Assembly: GCA_021802105.1 (NCBI GenBank)
Contig: JAKAAW010000003.1
Coordinates: 1 to 54,850 of the forward strand
Length of the DNA: 54,850 bases
Reading direction: 5' to 3'
Source: Nanobdellota archaeon
GTDB lineage: Archaea; Nanobdellota; Nanobdellia; Parvarchaeales; Parvarchaeaceae
Position numbers and translations under genes: made by a program
Shown here: positions 49,057 through 54,850 of the stretch, piece after piece
Numbering within the stretch: the first letter of the stretch is position 1
How the letters are laid out: the number at the start of each line of letters is the position of its first letter
Notes under the pieces: generated by a model
The model's input: only the letters and a program-made list of their open reading frames with translations
What the model was told of the DNA's origin: nothing
Database searches by the model: none

Positions 49057-49140
49057 TGTCGGAGAGGAGATTCGAACTCCTGACCTCCGCCTTTCTTAAA
49101 AATTCATGAGGGCGGCGTACTACCGCTGTACTACTCCGAC
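49057..49140 (-). tRNA. tRNA(CAT), probably elongator Met, with 12-nt anticodon-loop intron (49093-49104 if at 37/38)
   Basis: GTCGGAG/CTCCGAC acceptor, CCGCC-ctCATg[intron]a-GGCGG, TTCGAAT T-loop. Confidence 0.85.
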
Positions 49141-49283
49141 TTATCTTCTGTATCCAATGTCTCTTAAGAATTTATGCCTTTGCCTCTTATCTTCGTCGTT
49201 ATTGATGCAGAATGGTATCTTTTTAGTCTATTACTAAAAAATAACTTCATCTTCTTTTCTACCATACATCCAAGAAGTGATTA

Positions 49284-52200
49284 TTAAGAAGAGCATTTAA
49301 CATTCGTGCGCTTAATGCTAGAATAAGTATATTTTATATTAGTATTGCCACTGCCGGCTACTGCATTTCCTGAACTAGGATCTGGGGTGTAGTAATACTC
49401 ATAATATACACCTGACGTACTACAGTTGCTATATACTCCATTATACGCCTTGAAAGGGTAAGAGCTATCCTGCAAAGCAGATGAATCTATCTGCAATGAA
49501 CTCGTACTGCTACTGCCCACTGCTCCATCAAAAGTGACCGACCAGGAAAAAGAACCGGACGAAGAAGAACTAGATGGAAGTCCGGATTCCTGGAATGTAG
49601 TTATCGAATCTATAGTGCAAATTTTGCTGCTGGAAAATGAGATAGGGTTATTGGAGCTTCCAGACACGGCGTTGCCGGAGGAAGGAGATGGGGAGTAAGT
49701 CCACACATAATGCCCTCCCTCCCTCCAATTACCGCATGGAGCACCTTTAATCTTCAATGAAGGGACGTTGAAATTATAAGTCTTGCCATAACTGCTTGGG
49801 AACAGGTTTATATTTACTATATCAAGCTGAGGCGGGTAGCTGTTGTTGGTGGTAGTATTATATGTTAGGGACCACTTCGTGTTTTTCGGCAGACCATTCT
49901 CTAAGAAGGAAGTAGTCACGTTTTGCGTTAGAGCGAATTTAACCTTCACTGTGGCGCCTGCGTTTGTTTGCCCAAACGAAGGCGAAGCCGAATAGAAACT
50001 GTGGGGACTGTTTACGTTTGGCACGGAGAAATAGTACGAACCTGCGTCTGAGCTTATGCTTATATTGTTAGGAGAGCGCGCTGAGTATGTTGTCCCAGAA
50101 TAAACGACTTTCCACACGTCTCCGGGAGGTAGACCTGTTTCATTAAACACCGTAGTACAGTTAGTCTTTGCGCCGAAGACTATCTGCTTTGTGGTTCCTG
50201 CAGTCAGATTTCCAGAAGCAGGGTTTGGAGTGTATGTGGAAGTGCATGTTTGAGATGCCGATGAATTCACGAGTGTTGGCAGAGAGAAGCCGTGTTTTCC
50301 GCCAGGTGTCAAGAAGGATATTGAATTGGATGCAGACGTCTTAGTCACATTGTCGTAAGTCATCGTCCACGCTTTCCCTTGAGGCAGTCCATTTTCCGCA
50401 AAAGTGGTCGTCTTGAAATGATAGATGGATAAGTACGTGCCGAATTTTGAATCAACCTGATACACTGGTATGGGTATTATATTATAAGTCTTAGGTGAGA
50501 CCAGCAAAGTATAACTCACATTCCATAAGGTTGGTAGATTATAAGCCAGGTAGTACCTGGATGATGTAGTATAGGTCAGATTTCCCGGTGTCTGGTACAG
50601 ACAGTTGACTACATAGCCGTAAAGCACGTTGTTTATCGAATTGCACTCCTCATCGGATGTTAGGTTGACCGACCAGCCGTTTCCTCCGTGGTAAGTAGAT
50701 GTGAAAACCCTCGAATTACCATTAGTGCACACCGTGTTAAGGCCCGTGGCGCTGCCTGTCGTACCTAAAATGTTTACTGAAGGCGCAGATGTATTCCCTG
50801 TTTCGCTAATGCTGTAGAACTGCACCGAATGCAGACCCTGGCTAAGCGCACCTAAAGGCAAGTAAATGCCGCTAGAATAGGCTGGAGGCAGATTCTGACC
50901 CGAACATAGTTCTCCTTCTCCGAGCGAGAACAAATTGTCACTAGGTAAGCCAGGTATGCAGTTTGCAGATGTGCCGCCGGTGAACAGACTCAAAGCATAG
51001 TCATAAACACTGCCATTTACGAAACCCGGAACACCGCTTACACCGAAGTATGGGTTCTGGAGCATCAGTATATTAAGTGTATCGAATGGGAATATTGATG
51101 ACTTCTTTATGGCACTTGAGCCAAGGCTTGATAACAAAATGTTAGTGGGCAATAGATGTGTGATTATGTTTGTAAATTCATTTTGAGACACTGAGAGACC
51201 CGACATGTACTGATCTTTTATCTGAGTGTGGGAACCGCCTTGTGGTATTGATATGTTAGTCGGAAAGGTGGAGTTAATCACACCTATGCCTATCCCAAAC
51301 CCTACGGCTGAGGAACTGTTTGAATACTGCAGAGCGTACGATGAGCTTGTCTCATTCGTTATGCCGAAGTGATCTGCTGTACAGCCGTTCGATACAGTCG
51401 GTTGTGCGTATCCTTTTCCAGAGAAAGGTTTACAGCTTGTCGGCACGGCTCCATTGCTGCTGTTGCCGTTCTCTTGTGAGTAAGAGGTGTAGGATGTCAC
51501 TTCTGTATAGTTAGCCATATAGCATGAAGGGTCTGTGTTTATATTCGCCGCAAAAAGAGTTGCCGGCGCAGATACACACGATTCTATAGTACCGGAATAG
51601 CCTGATGGACAACTGTAAGTTTCACTGTAAGAACTTCCTTTGACTGTCTGACTAGCCGTAGGCGGTGTGATGTTGATAGAATCTCTGCCTATCTCGCAAC
51701 CGCCAACCTCTGGCAAAAAGGTTGTTTTTGATATTATAGGATTGTATATACCTTTGGTAAAATGCGTCCAGCTGGTGGCTATCCCTGCGTTTAGATTGGC
51801 TCCTATAAGGTTCGTAAAGTTACCGCAAGTATTATTGGCAAGCGGGCCGGTCGGGTTTGATTGGGAAGCTGAGATGGAGTTCATTGTCAGATTCATAGAT
51901 TGGCTTATTATATACGGGTATGATGAACTGCTGTAAGAGATGCTGCACTCTGTCACTATTTTCGACTCGTTGATGCTTTGCGCTATGCTAGTGAGAACGA
52001 CAGACGAAGAGCAGTCTGTTCCAGCATTGCCGTTGCTGCATGAAATTGTCGTGTTCTTGTATGATTTCACTCCTGACGAACTGTTAGCGGCATATACCCA
52101 GCCGTTGCAGTTAAAAAGAGCGTCAATCCCGTTTATCGGTGAAGTTGAATTTTCGTACACTTTAGGGATAGTATATGTGGTAGTGCCGGTGGTGCTGGCA

Positions 52201-54850
52201 GAAGAGATTGGTGAAGTTATGGCGAACGCAATGGTGCCATCTGTAGGCATGCAAGAAAATGTGGTACTACCCAGACTGCCTAGGTAGCATCCGCCGCCTA
52301 TCTCGCCGCCGAGTGGAAGTGCTTCTATGTTGCTGTAACTGCCAGAGGATGGAACTGTAGGTACAGGTTTGGAACAGTAAGTCATATCTTGTATAGTGTA
52401 ATTCGCAGGGCAGGAGTTTATGAGAGATATGCCGGATAAACTGTAGACAATTCCTCCTGGACTAGCGAATTGGTCGTTTATTATAGCAGTATAGTTGGCA
52501 AGGTATCTCTCCCCGATGTTGGTAGGATTGTAATCGACCCATGTGCCGTTTACATAGAGCCTAGGCCATTTAAGAATGTACAGTTTCTCTCCGTTCGATA
52601 GCTGTTGTACCCGCGAAGTAGTCGTTACATTCTTTGTCAGGCTGCAGTCGGCGTATAGGGTCGCGTTTATGGCTTTGCCATTAGAACTCGCTGTGCTTAT
52701 GTTGTATATGCCCGGTCTATAAGTCAAGTTCACCGTTTCCCCACCCTTTGTTGCGTAGCTGTTGTTGACTGCTCCTGCCTGTGAGGTATAGGTAGGTCTG
52801 CCGCCGAAAACACAATACACTTTGTTATAGTTGCCAGAGGCGTTGTAAGTGGAATACGGCAGGGTGGTTCCACTAGAATTGATTACGTTTACATTGGCGT
52901 ATATGTTAGGCATGCAAGACATGTTAAGATTTACTCCTGTGTAGTTCGATAGGCCAACCTGTTGTTTCCCTACGTACACTTTTGAGAAGGAGCCGAAGCC
53001 TACGAACTTTGGAGGGGGCACGTAAAAACTCTGGCCACTGCTAGTTTTTACGTATGAGAAATTTGATATGAGTTCATCCGTGACACTGAACGCGACAGCT
53101 GAGCCAGTTGATGAGATTGTGTCAGTTATAACGTTTGAGTTCTTAAAGAAGCAGTAGGTGCTGGATACTGTCTGGGACGGGTTCGTTACCTGATAAAGAT
53201 TGTTGGCGTTGTAATTTATACCACTAAAGTTGCTCTCTTTCCACACGACCCGCTGGGAAGCGGAATACGAAACTAAGAAACAGTCACTTATTGGTCCACT
53301 ATATACCTCCGACACGCTCGCCTGCGATGCAGAGACGTTGTTTACTAGAAGGTCACCTATGTTCGCCCCGTTACTCAGGTGGAAGCCGCTTAAACACGGA
53401 CCGGACGATGCTTTGCAGTTACCTAAAAGCGTTGCGTTGTAGCTATCTGTGGAGAATGCCACGCTGTATGGAGTAGCGGATACGTTTGCCCAATTACTGG
53501 AATATGTTATCGGTGAGGGATTTTCACCTGCAAATATCATGTAAGAATTACCGTTGTACGCTTCGCTCTTGTTGGCTATTATAGAGTAGGTGCACGTACC
53601 ACTAAGAATTGAGTTTACCTGATATGGCAGTTCTGCCATAGGGTAAGGCGAGTTTCCTAGAACCCTGATTCCATTACAGGATCCTTGTTCTGGCAGGGAG
53701 AACGAAAGTGGCATTGGCCCTGCTGATTCGCTGCTGAAGGTCAGGTTGTAAGCTATAGAGGGAGTATCCGACACGACTACCGGGGCGATGAGCAGAAAAT
53801 CGCCAGGCAATGTTCTTGTTACATTGAGAAGAGCCGCCGTCTTGATCACAGTCTGTCCGTTACTAATCTCTGCGAATGAAAGCGTGTAGTTTCCTCTGGT
53901 CTTTAGGACGCAACCGCTATAGTTCAGAATTCCATTGGTTACGACTTTATCCACCAGGCATGATGTGGGATTGCCTGACGAGTCAAATGAGTAGATAGTC
54001 ACATTCTGCGAGTTTAGGGGCACACCGCTATCTGTTACCATCAATGATTTACCGCTTAGGTTCTGGATTGTTATGCCGAGACCCACATCTCCACTTATTA
54101 GGTACTTATTGTTCGATGCGTTCGTGAATACGGCTCTGACCCCTGTGAACGGCTTCTGCACTCTACAAAAGATAGTACCATTTGGAGTATTATAGTATCC
54201 CTGGCTTATTTCCGATGCGGATGACAGATTGTTAGGCTGGGTGTTCAACGTGTCAACTATGTTGCAGTTGAAAGGGGTATCGTTCGCATAATAAAGGTAA
54301 AGTTTTGAATTTGTGAGTATGGTCGTGCGTGGTGGCAATCCGAATACCAAAGTCAACCCATTCTTAGCATATGAAGATAAGTTTATGTTAGCGGTGTACA
54401 CACTGTTGACTTTAGAGTCGGACGAAAGATTTGAAGCTATAAAGTACACTCCATTTGATACTGGATTGGACATATTTATCGCAGAACTATTATAAACTTC
54501 CACATAGAAAGGTCCATACTGGGAACTCACTATCAAGTTATCGTTCAATGAAGATGAGGCTGAAATGCACGATGAACTTGCCACAGATATCGCCCCGGAT
54601 CCGTTTGTAGTCATGGCTGTGTTACCACAGACTGGAGTTCCATCTTTCAGAAGCGACAGCGTTACTTTTTCATGAGCAAACGTTGAGGCGTTTACCAAAG
54701 TTCTAGTTCCGACTATTTTTATAACTGACTTGTCGGCGCGTATGTTACCAGTAAATATGGAAGCACCGTATGCAGAAGACGGGATTGTCGCAATGGATAG
54801 CGATGGCTGCACGGAGAGTGAATTGTACGTATCTGACAGGCCACTCGTCA
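49284..54850 (-). CDS. Giant Ser/Thr/Asn/Cys-rich extracellular protein (over 1850 aa, 5' end beyond window) with four C-terminal F-x-E-x-GLP...W repeats
   Basis: Frame is open to the window edge; many NxS/T sequons; repeats FAENGLP, FNETGLP, FLENGLP and FQESGLP. Confidence 0.85.
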   Translation of the reverse strand, partial: TSGLSDTYNSLSVQPSLSIATIPSSAYGASIFTGNIRADKSVIKIVGTRTLVNASTFAHEKVTLSLLKDGTPVCGNTAMTTNGSGAISVASSSCISASSSLNDNLIVSSQYGPFYVEVYNSSAINMSNPVSNGVYFIASNLSSDSKVNSVYTANINLSSYAKNGLTLVFGLPPRTTILTNSKLYLYYANDTPFNCNIVDTLNTQPNNLSSASEISQGYYNTPNGTIFCRVQKPFTGVRAVFTNASNNKYLISGDVGLGITIQNLSGKSLMVTDSGVPLNSQNVTIYSFDSSGNPTSCLVDKVVTNGILNYSGCVLKTRGNYTLSFAEISNGQTVIKTAALLNVTRTLPGDFLLIAPVVVSDTPSIAYNLTFSSESAGPMPLSFSLPEQGSCNGIRVLGNSPYPMAELPYQVNSILSGTCTYSIIANKSEAYNGNSYMIFAGENPSPITYSSNWANVSATPYSVAFSTDSYNATLLGNCKASSGPCLSGFHLSNGANIGDLLVNNVSASQASVSEVYSGPISDCFLVSYSASQRVVWKESNFSGINYNANNLYQVTNPSQTVSSTYCFFKNSNVITDTISSTGSAVAFSVTDELISNFSYVKTSSGQSFYVPPPKFVGFGSFSKVYVGKQQVGLSNYTGVNLNMSCMPNIYANVNVINSSGTTLPYSTYNASGNYNKVYCVFGGRPTYTSQAGAVNNSYATKGGETVNLTYRPGIYNISTASSNGKAINATLYADCSLTKNVTTTSRVQQLSNGEKLYILKWPRLYVNGTWVDYNPTNIGERYLANYTAIINDQFASPGGIVYSLSGISLINSCPANYTIQDMTYCSKPVPTVPSSGSYSNIEALPLGGEIGGGCYLGSLGSTTFSCMPTDGTIAFAITSPISSASTTGTTTYTIPKVYENSTSPINGIDALFNCNGWVYAANSSSGVKSYKNTTISCSNGNAGTDCSSSVVLTSIAQSINESKIVTECSISYSSSSYPYIISQSMNLTMNSISASQSNPTGPLANNTCGNFTNLIGANLNAGIATSWTHFTKGIYNPIISKTTFLPEVGGCEIGRDSINITPPTASQTVKGSSYSETYSCPSGYSGTIESCVSAPATLFAANINTDPSCYMANYTEVTSYTSYSQENGNSSNGAVPTSCKPFSGKGYAQPTVSNGCTADHFGITNETSSSYALQYSNSSSAVGFGIGIGVINSTFPTNISIPQGGSHTQIKDQYMSGLSVSQNEFTNIITHLLPTNILLSSLGSSAIKKSSIFPFDTLNILMLQNPYFGVSGVPGFVNGSVYDYALSLFTGGTSANCIPGLPSDNLFSLGEGELCSGQNLPPAYSSGIYLPLGALSQGLHSVQFYSISETGNTSAPSVNILGTTGSATGLNTVCTNGNSRVFTSTYHGGNGWSVNLTSDEECNSINNVLYGYVVNCLYQTPGNLTYTTSSRYYLAYNLPTLWNVSYTLLVSPKTYNIIPIPVYQVDSKFGTYLSIYHFKTTTFAENGLPQGKAWTMTYDNVTKTSASNSISFLTPGGKHGFSLPTLVNSSASQTCTSTYTPNPASGNLTAGTTKQIVFGAKTNCTTVFNETGLPPGDVWKVVYSGTTYSARSPNNISISSDAGSYYFSVPNVNSPHSFYSASPSFGQTNAGATVKVKFALTQNVTTSFLENGLPKNTKWSLTYNTTTNNSYPPQLDIVNINLFPSSYGKTYNFNVPSLKIKGAPCGNWREGGHYVWTYSPSPSSGNAVSGSSNNPISFSSSKICTIDSITTFQESGLPSSSSSSGSFSWSVTFDGAVGSSSTSSLQIDSSALQDSSYPFKAYNGVYSNCSTSGVYYEYYYTPDPSSGNAVAGSGNTNIKYTYSSIKRTNVKCSS

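Noticed and set aside
1..54850. CRISPR array, rRNA genes, diversity-generating retroelement
   Set aside because: No regularly spaced repeats, no rRNA-like tract and no reverse transcriptase. The three pilin repeat mismatches are not adenine-specific as in DGR TR/VR pairs.

Overview
Compact archaeal chromosome segment, most consistent with a DPANN organism. Parvarchaeota-like is my inference from gene content, the split RNA polymerase A'/A'' and B'/B'' subunits, and short introns at tRNA position 37/38. Most of it is core machinery: serS, pheS/T, EF-1beta, pth2, PCNA, the rpoH-B''-B'-A'-A''-L30e-nusA-S12-S7 operon, mre11/rad50, rnhB, rtcB-archease-thiI, lonB, rio1, DNA-repair genes and 7 tRNAs (5 with introns). 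An eL41/eS32 gene is missing from the ORF track. The most striking signal is a repeated type IV pilin module. Two pilin-like genes (window start and 27976-29154) share a nearly identical 140-nt constant 5' region (3 mismatches) but differ downstream. One is frameshifted by a (CAGA)6 microsatellite in its signal-peptide region. A third, orphan promoter+leader copy (about 1950-2073) makes a direct repeat around an AAA_14/DUF4143-type ATPase gene, and the 3' end of that ATPase gene also sits upstream of the distant pilin. Together these suggest phase variation and cassette recombination of surface pili. The window also holds two internally deleted IS200/IS605 (tnpB) miniature elements with an identical 76-nt core, a tRNA-Leu overlapping a stop codon, an N-terminal-only Dph2, a two-cysteine racemase, and the C-terminal part of a giant surface protein.
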